Source: a virus
Strand: one strand, 5' to 3'
Virus record (IMG/VR): IMGVR_UViG_3300033146_003395
Coordinates: 1-64,000 of that record
DNA length: 64,000 nucleotides
The translations under genes and the position numbers were made by a program. Positions 18,187 through 27,850 of this stretch are shown here, one piece after another; position 1 is the stretch's first letter; every line of letters starts with the position of its first letter. Under the pieces are notes generated by a model that was given only the letters and a program-made list of their open reading frames with translations, was not told the origin of the DNA and made no database searches.

Positions 18187-19632
18187 TTAAGCTAAAACAG
18201 TGTTACTAAAGTCTACACCAATCATTGAAGCATAAGGAGATTTCTCACCCATTTGTGCAGCAGAATCCTGCCATGGGTTGGTAGTGATCCCATATCTCGT
18301 CATTGCGATTAACGCTGGTTGACCAGTAGAAACGTGAGTTACTTTTTGAATTTGAACTGGAGTATATGGAGCATAAACACCAATTGAATCTTGATTAGAA
18401 CCTTTGTAAACAACAGTCGCATATTCAGAAGTAGCGAAGTTATCAACGATTACTGAAAATTTGTTATCAAATCTACCAACAACACCACCATTAGCGATTT
18501 GAGGGTTAACTGTAGAGTCTACATTAGATGCAGTAAATCCACCAATTTGCTCTAACATTGTAACAACTTTTGGAGATACAAGTAATTTATTACCAGCACC
18601 ACGACGGTTTAATCTACCAATTTCACGACTCATGTCAGAAAGTTTAGCAGCAAACATACGATATTTTTCAATTTCCCATCTACCATCTTGAACACCAGAA
18701 CCATCATTGATTTTGAATTCAGAAGCTTCAACAGATGCGTTAGTGTTAACAAAGTCAACTACTTCACGGTCAGTTTGTGCTTTAATTTCGTAACCCATAA
18801 GACTCATAAGTTCTTGGTCTGCAAGAACACCATGCATAGCTTTAAGATCTTGGTACATTTCAATTGTATATTCAGCACGTAATTTACGAGTTCTAGCTTC
18901 GATTTGTTTACGTTCAACAGCGATACCAACTTCATTCATTTCATTTCCAACAGTACCACGGATTTCACCATTAGCAGTTGTATAAGAACCAGAATATTGA
19001 GGTAATAGACCTAACCATGTAGCTTCGCTTGAGAAAGTTCTAACAGCAACAACACCGTCACCTGAACCAGATTGAGTAATAGCTTCACCATTTTGAATGA
19101 AAGCATCAACACCAGCTAATTCAACAAGTACACGACCTGCAAAAGTATCAGCACCAGCAATAGAAGCATTTGGAGATTGCGCTTTACCAGGTTTTTCACC
19201 TTGACGAGTAAACTCAGTAGGTTCAACATAAACAACAGTACCAACAGCACCAGAAGTTCCACCAGTTAAAGTATCACCAATTACAGGTGCAACAGTACCG
19301 TCTAAATCAACGATTTGAGCTTTAACATTTGGATTAATAGGATTAGCTTGGTTACCAACAAAACGATTAGTTAAGTTATAGATAAAACCAGTTGGTCCAG
19401 ACATTGGCTGTACACCTAGTAATTCATTAGCAATAAGTGCTGGATAAATTCTACGTAACATAGGCATTAAGAATGGAGTAAATTGAGCAACATCAGAAGC
19501 TATAGTTCCCTCTGCAATCATTTGTTCAGTTTCACGTTTTGTATTAGCCATAACAGCTGCAAGAGTACCTTTATCTAGTTCAGATAATGGTGCATATTTA
19601 GTGCTTTCTAAAAGCGCTTTAAATTCAGACAT
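18187..19632 (-). CDS. major capsid protein gp23
   Basis: LRRIYPALIANELLGVQPMSGPTGFIY, IEARTRKLRAEYTIEMYQDLKAMHG, YAPYTP, TGQP..MTRYG..NP. Confidence 0.97.
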   Translation of the reverse strand: MSEFKALLESTKYAPLSELDKGTLAAVMANTKRETEQMIAEGTIASDVAQFTPFLMPMLRRIYPALIANELLGVQPMSGPTGFIYNLTNRFVGNQANPINPNVKAQIVDLDGTVAPVIGDTLTGGTSGAVGTVVYVEPTEFTRQGEKPGKAQSPNASIAGADTFAGRVLVELAGVDAFIQNGEAITQSGSGDGVVAVRTFSSEATWLGLLPQYSGSYTTANGEIRGTVGNEMNEVGIAVERKQIEARTRKLRAEYTIEMYQDLKAMHGVLADQELMSLMGYEIKAQTDREVVDFVNTNASVEASEFKINDGSGVQDGRWEIEKYRMFAAKLSDMSREIGRLNRRGAGNKLLVSPKVVTMLEQIGGFTASNVDSTVNPQIANGGVVGRFDNKFSVIVDNFATSEYATVVYKGSNQDSIGVYAPYTPVQIQKVTHVSTGQPALIAMTRYGITTNPWQDSAAQMGEKSPYASMIGVDFSNTVLA

Positions 19633-19689
19633 TTAAGTCTCCTTATTTTTTAAAAATTTTTATATACTTACCTTTTACGGCAAGCGTTA

Positions 19690-19743
19690 CCAATATAAGC
19701 TGTCCCAATGACATTTCAGCTATTTCATCTCTACTTATATTAG
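19690..19743 (-). promoter_or_regulatory. conserved RNA motif in gp23 leader
   Basis: AAUAUAAG-UAGAGAUGAAAUAGCUGAAAU-GUC AUUGG GAC-AG-CUUAUAUU. Same architecture in gp22 leader. Late promoter at 19775-19782. Confidence 0.6.
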
Positions 19744-19802
19744 CTAGTAATGATATTTAATATCGTTACTGTTTTATTTATAGTTTGTGTAATCCTTAGG
19801 GA

Positions 19803-20540
19803 TTACACATACTGAGAAAAATCTGTTGCAGCTTTAACGTCTACAACTTCTGATTTATATGCACCTTTTGGAAGCTCAGTTTCTTTAGATTCAATTGATT
19901 CATTGAATGTTTCAGAACGAGAATCAACGATTGATTCTTTAAGAGTTTCAAGAGCAGTAACATAACCTTCTGAACGTTCAAAAGTAATCATTTCAGATAG
20001 TTTTTCGAATTTATCAGCTTCAACGATTGAAAGGCCTTTAGCAGTTTCAGCAATGATACCAGCTTTAAGATATTTATCAGACTCTCTACGAGCTTCAGCT
20101 AAATCAGATTCTTTTTCAGCAAGACGGCTAGTTGCGCGGTCAAGTTGGTTTTCAATAGAATCAGCATCTTCTTTAATATCTCTTTCAGAACGAGCTTCTT
20201 GAATATCTGTAAGTGTAACACCACCGATAACCAGCATAGCATCAAACATTTCTAAAAGTTTTTTAGCTTTTTCGTCTAAGATTTCTGCTTCATACATAGG
20301 TGCATTTTGAGCAACAAATTCTTCAACTACAGAAGTCATATAACCATCAAGAGTGTCTTCAAGGTTTTCTACTTTTTCAGCATATTCTTCTTCAAGAAGT
20401 TCAGCTTTTTCAGCAACTTTAGTTTCAACATGTTCGTCCATCATTTCAACTGATTTAGCCATTACAGCTTTATCGAAAGACTCAGATAGTTGAGCTTTCA
20501 TTTCGTCATTAATTTCTAATGATTCAAATAATTCATTCAT
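19803..20540 (-). CDS. prohead core scaffold gp22
   Basis: Acidic coiled coil with LDGYMTSVVEEF. Located between gp21 and gp23. Confidence 0.85.
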   Translation of the reverse strand: MNELFESLEINDEMKAQLSESFDKAVMAKSVEMMDEHVETKVAEKAELLEEEYAEKVENLEDTLDGYMTSVVEEFVAQNAPMYEAEILDEKAKKLLEMFDAMLVIGGVTLTDIQEARSERDIKEDADSIENQLDRATSRLAEKESDLAEARRESDKYLKAGIIAETAKGLSIVEADKFEKLSEMITFERSEGYVTALETLKESIVDSRSETFNESIESKETELPKGAYKSEVVDVKAATDFSQYV

Positions 20541-20575
20541 TTTTTAGTTCCTTGTTTTTATCCACTTGGGATTTT

Positions 20576-20629
20576 ATTAAGTCTTGCTCGTATACCAGCA
20601 ATTTCAATCTATTTCAGCTCTAACTTAAT
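20576..20629 (-). promoter_or_regulatory. conserved RNA motif in gp22 leader
   Basis: AUUAAGU-UAGAGCUGAAAUAGAUUGAAAU-UGCU GGUAUACG AGCA-AG-ACUUAAU. Late promoter just upstream (about 20639-20646). Confidence 0.6.
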
Positions 20630-20712
20630 CTTCTGTTTTATTTATAGTTTAAGAAATTCTTAACTTGAAAACAAATTAAGAATCTATAAACTATATTTTA
20701 ACTATATTTAAC

Positions 20713-21264
20713 TTATACTTCCGAGATAGTCTTAACACTGAAAGATAGACCAACTTTTTTTTCAAGTTTGTCAGCAATTTCAGTAGTATTAGCACCATCG
20801 AATTTTTTAACTTCAGGCCAAATTTTATCACCAGAATTATTGTAACGATTATATAAATCATCACCTTTAATCTTCATATTAGGGTTATCTCCCGGAATAG
20901 CGTATAATAAATCACCAGATTTAGATAAGAATAACTTATCAGTTCCAGCAGGATTACCTATATATACTATATAAGAAGCTTTACCTTCGTGTAAATATGA
21001 ACCTCTTTCAAAGTCAGAAAGTTTAATACCTTCATTTACAGCAAGTGATTTAACTTCTGTAATAGCATCCATATCAATAAGATAATGAAATCTACTTTGA
21101 TCTTCCATAATGTTATTATCAGTGTCATATATAATGTTATTAAACGTATCTAATACACAAACCACTTCATTTGTTTGTGTATTAGCATAATGTTTTCTAA
21201 CACCTTTAGTTTGTACTTCACTTACTGCTTTAGTAAATGAAGCTTCAAAATCAAATATACCCAT
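20713..21264 (-). CDS. hypothetical head-module protein
   Basis: Coupled to gp21, inside the head operon. Confidence 0.6.
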   Translation of the reverse strand: MGIFDFEASFTKAVSEVQTKGVRKHYANTQTNEVVCVLDTFNNIIYDTDNNIMEDQSRFHYLIDMDAITEVKSLAVNEGIKLSDFERGSYLHEGKASYIVYIGNPAGTDKLFLSKSGDLLYAIPGDNPNMKIKGDDLYNRYNNSGDKIWPEVKKFDGANTTEIADKLEKKVGLSFSVKTISEV

Positions 21265-22958
21265 TAGTAATCCTTACCGTTTTCAATTTCATCATATTTT
21301 TCATATGTATCAAACGCTTTTTTAGATTCTTTAGTAAATTTACCTAATAAAGAACTTCCATCACGTTTCATAGCTTTTTCGCAAGCCATCATAGCATCAG
21401 AAAGTTCACCTAGTAAGTCACCTGCTTGAGTAGCTTCTTTAAGTGATTCTGCATCCCATTTAGCAAGTGCTGCTAATTCTTTACCTCTAGCAACCCATTT
21501 ACCATCAGTAAAATATACAGTGTTACCATTAGAAAGTTTAGCTGATACTGCAATATCGTCTTCTTTTTTCATACTAGTTACAGATACAGATTCATCTAAT
21601 CTGTATCCTTTTAAAGTTTCAGTTTCAACATCATTATCAAATTGGTCAATACCAACGAAATAACCATCGTCAAAATCAGTAAAAGATACTAAGATTTCAT
21701 CTGGGTTAATTAACATAACCTCACCATCTTTCTTAAGACGTTTTTGAACTTCTTTAGAAATATCTTTGCCTTCAGTAACAGGTTTATTCATATATGAGTC
21801 AAATTTAGCTTTTAAATCAGCTTCTTCTTTTATATGTGCATCTGTTTCAGCTTTATTTGCGAATTTTTCGAATGCTTCTGTTAATTCTTTAGCTTTACAA
21901 CCACAAGATTTCTCGGATTTAGGTTCAGGTTCAACTACAGCAGCCACTTCATCTAAGTCAGTGTCTTGCTTGATAACATCATCAATATCATTAGCAATTT
22001 TTTCTAAGTATTTTGCAGCTTTTTTAGAAGAATCTTTTTTTAGCTCAACATATGCAGCCCAAAATGCATCCACTACTTCTTCAGCAGCTTCATTAGTTTC
22101 TTTAGTTCCATTATCCATATGATCAGCATCAATAACTTCTTTCTTTTTAACACATACAGGACATTCACAATTTTCTTCATGGTCTTCACCATCTGAATTT
22201 TCTATAATTTGTTTTTCTAGTTCATTAACTGCAGAATATGTATCACATTCATTACACTTAAGTTTTAGGTCGCCATCTTCTACAATAAATGAAACAGCAG
22301 CAGCTTTACAACTAGGGCAAGTAACATTTTTAGCTTCTAACATTGCTGTTAGTTTTTCTTTTTCTTCTTTTTTACTTTCCGCAACCATTGTACAACCAGT
22401 AGGGGTACAAACCCATTTACCTTTAGCATCCACTTCATAATCTACACTTTCAAAAAGCATACTTTCATTGAATCCTGTTAAGTTAGCATTATAATCTGAA
22501 GGGGTACTAACAATATCATAAGTAGTTAAATGAAATTCTTCAACTATTTCGCCAACCAGTTTACCAACACCACGAGAGCTAACACCAATTTTAACACCTT
22601 TGTCAATTAATGCTCTCATAACCATAGTTTCTGGGATATTTAATAGTTCAGCTTCACCATATACCATACCTTCTCTCATTTCCAGTTTACGGATTTGAGC
22701 TACAGCTTTCCAAGGGTCAACTGTATTTCTTTGAGGGTGTTCTTTTTCCATTAGAGTGTTGCTAGTTTTACCAGAAATTTCTTTTTGATAAAGATCTACT
22801 GTATCTTCCCAAAGTTTTTTCGCATATATACGACCATTTCTGTTCTTCTTATCGGGAGTTGAGAATGTACCTTTAATTACATACGTCTTCTGATTTGTTG
22901 ATTCGTTAAGTTCAATAACGTTCTCTAAATCAAAAGTTTCTTCGAGAATTAACTTCAT
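21264..22958 (-). CDS. prohead protease gp21 with long C-terminal extension
   Basis: IKGTF..KNRNGRIY, EHP, IGVSSRGVG, YDIVSTPS in the first ~165 aa. About 400 extra aa follow. Confidence 0.9.
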   Translation of the reverse strand: MKLILEETFDLENVIELNESTNQKTYVIKGTFSTPDKKNRNGRIYAKKLWEDTVDLYQKEISGKTSNTLMEKEHPQRNTVDPWKAVAQIRKLEMREGMVYGEAELLNIPETMVMRALIDKGVKIGVSSRGVGKLVGEIVEEFHLTTYDIVSTPSDYNANLTGFNESMLFESVDYEVDAKGKWVCTPTGCTMVAESKKEEKEKLTAMLEAKNVTCPSCKAAAVSFIVEDGDLKLKCNECDTYSAVNELEKQIIENSDGEDHEENCECPVCVKKKEVIDADHMDNGTKETNEAAEEVVDAFWAAYVELKKDSSKKAAKYLEKIANDIDDVIKQDTDLDEVAAVVEPEPKSEKSCGCKAKELTEAFEKFANKAETDAHIKEEADLKAKFDSYMNKPVTEGKDISKEVQKRLKKDGEVMLINPDEILVSFTDFDDGYFVGIDQFDNDVETETLKGYRLDESVSVTSMKKEDDIAVSAKLSNGNTVYFTDGKWVARGKELAALAKWDAESLKEATQAGDLLGELSDAMMACEKAMKRDGSSLLGKFTKESKKAFDTYEKYDEIENGKDY

Positions 22959-22982
22959 TTTATACCTTTTATATTAAGTTGA

Positions 22983-23462
22983 TTACAGTTTTAATTTTTT
23001 TAAAGCTGATTTAATAGAACTTATTGCTAAATCAACTGCTGGAGCTGGCTCAGTTCCATTTTTTTCATAATTTTTCTTTAAATCTGATTTTAAAGTGCTT
23101 TTAATCTCAGCACCACTATCGCCAACACTATTATCGATTGAATGAGAAACTATTGTATCTAGTCCTGAGTCATCAATAAGACCAAAAAATTCTTCATATT
23201 TTTCATCATTATCTAGTTTTTTATCTAAACTAGCTATTAAATTTGCTAACTCTTTTATATCGCCAAAATCTGTACCTTCGGTAATTGATCCACCAGCATT
23301 CATTTCAGCTAAAAGTTGACGTGCAACTGTTTTACCACCAATTTCTTTAACAATTTTTTTGAACTTAGCTCTTAGCTCAGCTCCAACGTGCGCTTTTGCA
23401 TCAGCTGCACCAGTACGACCAACCATACCAACTGCAGATTCAAACAATACTCTTAAACTCAT
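22983..23462 (-). CDS. prohead core protein (gp68 position)
   Basis: Synteny portal-x-x-protease. MSLRVLFES leader. Confidence 0.5.
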   Translation of the reverse strand: MSLRVLFESAVGMVGRTGAADAKAHVGAELRAKFKKIVKEIGGKTVARQLLAEMNAGGSITEGTDFGDIKELANLIASLDKKLDNDEKYEEFFGLIDDSGLDTIVSHSIDNSVGDSGAEIKSTLKSDLKKNYEKNGTEPAPAVDLAISSIKSALKKLKL

Positions 23463-23701
23463 TATTTCTCACCTTTTCCGTTTTCCCAGCCAGCAGAAAT
23501 ATCTTCAGATTCTGGATTATCTCCATCGGCTTCAACAATTGGGTTTTTGCTAACATTTTGAGCTACATCTAACCTGTCTATATAACTTTTCATTACAGGG
23601 TTTTCTTGAACTTTTGTACGTAAAGCATCTAAAGCCATATCTTCAAATTTGATATAACTTCTATCTTGTGCAGCTTTTACTAAATCTACAGTATTTGACA
23701 T
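23462..23701 (-). CDS. small prohead core protein (gp67 position); paralog of 27851-28162
   Basis: Synteny. VDLVKAAQDRSYIKFED shared with 27851. Confidence 0.5.
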   Translation of the reverse strand: MSNTVDLVKAAQDRSYIKFEDMALDALRTKVQENPVMKSYIDRLDVAQNVSKNPIVEADGDNPESEDISAGWENGKGEK

Positions 23702-23765
23702 TGGTGTTTCCTTTTATTTTATTAATTTATTTATAAGATACGATATTATAAGTTAAAATTCTAAC

Positions 23766-25322
23766 CTAAAATCCATCATCTTGTTTCTCGTAAAAGCTTC
23801 TATATAATGGATTATTAGTTTCGGCTTTAATTCGTTCCATTTCTTCCTGAAGTTGTTCATTAGTCCAACCAAAAGTCATCTTAACAGCGGTTTCAAGTGA
23901 TACCATAACACCAATTTCTTCTTTAATCTCTTGGAAGTTGCCAACAGATTTAATGAATAAATCTTTTTCCATATTCTCAAGGAATATAGAACGACATTGA
24001 AATTCAATTGTTATTTTTTCTTTGTATTTATCCCACTCACCTTCACTCATAACACCAGTAGTGATTAATTCTCTTTTAAGAAGTTGTTTAATCATTTTTG
24101 TAACTGGAATACGAAGTCTGTCTACATGTAAATAAAATCCCATATCTTCATTTGAGATAGAGTCAGTTTCGTAACTGAAATCTCCACCATTTTCATCGGC
24201 ATAAGGATTTCTATTAGTGGGTATTTTCATAGATGTGAATAATTTTTTAGATGTATGAATAATATCTTCCATATCCATAAGACCACCAGCTTCATCCATA
24301 GTTTCAACAGTTGTACCTCTTGAACCACTTCTGTTACTCATCCAATAATCTTCAACTAAAGGTTGAGTACTTTGCATATTACGTATAGTACCTGATTCAG
24401 TATCATAAGTCTTTTTATATTTGAATTCTGAACGGATTTTGTCCATTAATTCCTTGGCTTTCTTAGGTGGTAAATCAGCTACATCTATATTAAACATTCT
24501 ACGAGAAACTGAACGAGAGTATCTCATAGGTACTAACATATTCTCTAATGTATCTAATTGATTGGCTGATTTAAAAGCATTTTCTAGGTAACCTAGATTA
24601 ACTTTACCTCTTTGATTTTCTGAAACACTAATCTTAGATGTTAAACCATAATCAACATGAATTAATTCATCTTTTGAATACTCTTCATTATATAATAATT
24701 CTTGTTGTAACTCATTTTCGTATAGGCAAGAACCAAGTTTTTGATCATCTGGTGCATATTTCCATACAGTATTTTCTTCATCAAAATATAAACCAAATGG
24801 CTCAAGTATTTGTACTTTTTTAATACCTGCTTTCATGTTAGCTTCATCAAAAGTTAAAGCTACATTAAGTTGACCATCTACATACATTTGACGACAAATT
24901 GGGTGTATATTCTCAGTCATATTTAATAGATTTAATACTTTGTCAAATACTTCGCCGATTCTTTCTTTAATTTGATTATTTTCTTCATCAATATTAATCT
25001 TGAATTCTTTTTTATCAACTGTAAAAGCCATTTCATTAATAATTAAATCTATAGCATAATTTACATCAGAATCTTTAGCAAGTTGACGATACATCTCAAT
25101 TACTTTAGACTGATATTTTAGTAATGAACTTTCGTTACCACCATATTGCCACTCGTAAGTGTCCAGGTCTCCAAAAACCATAGTTCCTTCAAAATCATCA
25201 TCTGATAAAGTTTTAACTACATGCAAATCATCTGTTGTATTAGATGGCTCTTGAATATTATCGGCTGGATTACCTTTTAGAAACGGTTTCTTTAACGCTT
25301 CGGTAATGTTGTTTAAAGTCAT
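23766..25322 (-). CDS. portal protein gp20
   Basis: YR.LA...AID.IINE, YVDG, RYSRSVSRRMFNIDVADLP..KA, EDYW..R.G.RGT.VET. Confidence 0.95.
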   Translation of the reverse strand: MTLNNITEALKKPFLKGNPADNIQEPSNTTDDLHVVKTLSDDDFEGTMVFGDLDTYEWQYGGNESSLLKYQSKVIEMYRQLAKDSDVNYAIDLIINEMAFTVDKKEFKINIDEENNQIKERIGEVFDKVLNLLNMTENIHPICRQMYVDGQLNVALTFDEANMKAGIKKVQILEPFGLYFDEENTVWKYAPDDQKLGSCLYENELQQELLYNEEYSKDELIHVDYGLTSKISVSENQRGKVNLGYLENAFKSANQLDTLENMLVPMRYSRSVSRRMFNIDVADLPPKKAKELMDKIRSEFKYKKTYDTESGTIRNMQSTQPLVEDYWMSNRSGSRGTTVETMDEAGGLMDMEDIIHTSKKLFTSMKIPTNRNPYADENGGDFSYETDSISNEDMGFYLHVDRLRIPVTKMIKQLLKRELITTGVMSEGEWDKYKEKITIEFQCRSIFLENMEKDLFIKSVGNFQEIKEEIGVMVSLETAVKMTFGWTNEQLQEEMERIKAETNNPLYRSFYEKQDDGF

Positions 25323-25353
25323 ATTTTTCCTTTTACTCTTTTCCTATTTAAGT

Positions 25354-25367
25354 TATTTATATAAATA
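25354..25367. promoter_or_regulatory. back-to-back late promoters (TATAAATA on both strands)
   Basis: TATTTATATAAATA between the divergent portal gene and the endonuclease/gp13 unit. Confidence 0.7.
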
Positions 25368-25396
25368 TTGTAATTAGAAAAGATATAAGGGTTTAG

Positions 25397-26050
25397 ATGT
25401 TTGTTGTATATTTAACAATGTATAAAGGTAATTTATTACCTCAATGGTATGTAGGTTCATCTAATGAGACAAGAATAAATAATGGATATAATGGTTCAGT
25501 TAAATCTAAAAAATATAAATCTATATATTTAATAGAGCAAAAAGAAAATAAAATATTATTTAAGACTCGCATTTTGAGCCAACACTCAACCAGAGAAGAG
25601 GCATTAATAGAAGAATTACGTCTTCAGAAACTTCATAATGTAGTGAAAAATGATAAATATATTAATATGAGTTTTGCTTCTATAAATGGATTCTTTGGAA
25701 GAGATGTATCTGGTAAACTAAATCCTAGTTATGGCAGGAAAATGACAATAGAACAGAAAGAAAAAATTAGCAAATCTTTAATAGGTAAGTTTACTGGCGA
25801 AAAATCTGCTAATTATGATAGAGAATTTAGTAATGAATGGAAAGAAAACATTAGTAAAGCTAAAAAAGGCTGTAAAAGTCCTTTTAAAGGAAAGACTCAC
25901 TCTAAAGAGTCTATAGAATTAAATAGAATTGCAGCAAAAAATAGAGAAAAGTTAGAATGCCCATATTGTCAGAAAGTATTAGATATTTCTAATGCTAAGA
26001 GGTGGCATTTTGATAATTGTAAATTTAAAGAGGAAGTAGAAAATGGATAG
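25397..26050 (+). CDS. GIY-YIG-like homing endonuclease with NUMOD3 repeats; paralog of 58755-59570
   Basis: VVYLTMY..WYVGSS..GYNGS, E..LQ, YINMS, KGKTHSKES, CPYC..KRWHFDNCK. Confidence 0.8.
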   Translation: MFVVYLTMYKGNLLPQWYVGSSNETRINNGYNGSVKSKKYKSIYLIEQKENKILFKTRILSQHSTREEALIEELRLQKLHNVVKNDKYINMSFASINGFFGRDVSGKLNPSYGRKMTIEQKEKISKSLIGKFTGEKSANYDREFSNEWKENISKAKKGCKSPFKGKTHSKESIELNRIAAKNREKLECPYCQKVLDISNAKRWHFDNCKFKEEVENG

Positions 26051-26924
26051 AAATCAACCACAAGTAGTTAATCAAAAACAACGTTCTCGTAAAGTTGATA
26101 GTGAAGAAAAGCTAGTTGATTACATAAGAACTATGTTAGGCGAACCAATGATACAAGTAGATGTTTCAGATAACCAAATTCTATTAAATATTGATGAGAC
26201 AATCAGAAAGTTCAGTGACTTCGCTTTCGGTGGGGAAGAAACAATAGCATTTGTATATGAAGGGCAAGAAGATGTACAAGATTATAGATTAGACTCAAGA
26301 GTCCAAGCTATATTATCAGTATCATGGGCTAATAGTTTAGGTACTATTAATTATGGAAATGGTGCTGGCGGTGTAAACTTAGGTCCAGGTTGGGGAACAA
26401 TCGGAATCGGATATGTGCCACATGTTGATTCAATGGGTAATGTTTCGTCTTTAGAAGGTGGAATGGCTTCAGGTTCTTGTTCAACAGAAGTTTCTGGTGC
26501 TGCTGGTGGTGTTGGTAGAGGCTCAAGAATGGATAGTATGAGTAATGCTTACGCTTCTTTGGCTCAAAGAGATACAATGCAAGCATTATTTGGTAGAGGT
26601 GTTAATTTTGAATTCAATAGTAATACAAAAATACTTCGTGTATTTGAACCAATTGCTGGACCATTTATGATAGAAGCATCTGTGGAATATCAACCAAACC
26701 CAGAATATGATGAGATATATACCCATGATTTTATTAAAAGATATTCTGTAGCATTAACAAGAAGATTATGGTCAACCATTACTGGTAAGTATGATTCTGC
26801 TCTTGTTGGAGGAGCAACTATAAATTATGATAAGATGCAATCGGAAGCCGAAGCAGAACTTGATAAATTAGATGATGAATTATTAACTAAATGGGCACCA
26901 GCGTTAGGAATTTTCAGTGGTTGA
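26043..26924 (+). CDS. neck protein gp13
   Basis: LVDYIRTMLGEPMIQVDVSDNQI, FIKRYSVAL..W..KY..LVGGATIN. Confidence 0.85.
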   Translation: MDRNQPQVVNQKQRSRKVDSEEKLVDYIRTMLGEPMIQVDVSDNQILLNIDETIRKFSDFAFGGEETIAFVYEGQEDVQDYRLDSRVQAILSVSWANSLGTINYGNGAGGVNLGPGWGTIGIGYVPHVDSMGNVSSLEGGMASGSCSTEVSGAAGGVGRGSRMDSMSNAYASLAQRDTMQALFGRGVNFEFNSNTKILRVFEPIAGPFMIEASVEYQPNPEYDEIYTHDFIKRYSVALTRRLWSTITGKYDSALVGGATINYDKMQSEAEAELDKLDDELLTKWAPALGIFSG

Positions 26925-27710
26925 TTTTGTAAATAATTCTTCTAAAGAAATTGATGAATTTGCTTTTTTATTATAATTTTCTTCCCAGGGTATCATTTCC
27001 AAATTATGAATATTACCAATATATATTGGTAATATTCCATTATTATATCCCTGCAATATACTAAATTTATGATCTAGATGATATTTTCCGTTTACACCAG
27101 CCATACCTCTTTTATCTATATTATTTAAGCTTGATATATTCATAGAATTTGTTATTCTATATACTTCTCGCTTATATAATTTATATAACGATAAATTTTC
27201 TAAAGTAACCCAATGATTTAATTTTTCTCTTGTCTCTCTGGTCTTTATCATTGCTTTATTTCTAACTTCTGGTATTTTACTAATATTATTTACGCCATAC
27301 TTTATTAAACAAGTATTTTTATATTTTTCGATATTATTATAATTTTCATCCCCATACCTGTTTAATTTTGTCATTTTAATTTTGTCTACATTACAATAAT
27401 TTTCATCACCATACCTGCTTAATTTTGTCATTTTAATCTGTTCGTTTGATTTTTTTATTTTATCTTTATCATTTTCCCTACATCTAGCACAACAAAATAT
27501 ATTATATCCGTTTTTGAATGATTTGAATTTGACAATATTATAATTACATTTCTTACATTTAGGAGGTGATACTAAATTATTATTGAAAGCAAAATAATAT
27601 TCTTGTTTAGAATTACACCAAGAATACTTAATAGGTACGGTTATTCTTTTGGACCTATTACTATTTATTTTTCCAGAGGGGCCTATTAACCATTTTATTA
27701 GTTTTTTCAT
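26904..27710 (-). CDS. HNH-like endonuclease with (R/K)YG-x-(E/N)N repeats
   Basis: CKKC..FCCARC, three KxTxLxxYG repeats, YHLDHKFSI..NLEMIPWEEN..K. Confidence 0.7.
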   Translation of the reverse strand: MKKLIKWLIGPSGKINSNRSKRITVPIKYSWCNSKQEYYFAFNNNLVSPPKCKKCNYNIVKFKSFKNGYNIFCCARCRENDKDKIKKSNEQIKMTKLSRYGDENYCNVDKIKMTKLNRYGDENYNNIEKYKNTCLIKYGVNNISKIPEVRNKAMIKTRETREKLNHWVTLENLSLYKLYKREVYRITNSMNISSLNNIDKRGMAGVNGKYHLDHKFSILQGYNNGILPIYIGNIHNLEMIPWEENYNKKANSSISLEELFTKSTTENS

Positions 27711-27729
27711 TTTTATAATCCTTTTAGAT

Positions 27730-27808
27730 TATAAGAGGACTTCGACGGTCAAATTATAAATGTAGAAGGACCGTCGAAAGAGCTTCTACATTTATAACAT
27801 CTCTTATA
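27730..27808 (-). ncRNA. structured RNA element, copy 2
   Basis: UAUAAGAG-AUG-UUAUAAAUGUAGAAG-CUCU-UUCGACGGUC-CUUCUACAUUUAUAA-UUU-GACCGUCGAA-GUC-CUCUUAUA. TATAAATA at 27815-27822. Confidence 0.75.
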
Positions 27809-27850
27809 GTATTTTATTTATAAATATAATAATTAAAACAAAGGACAAAC

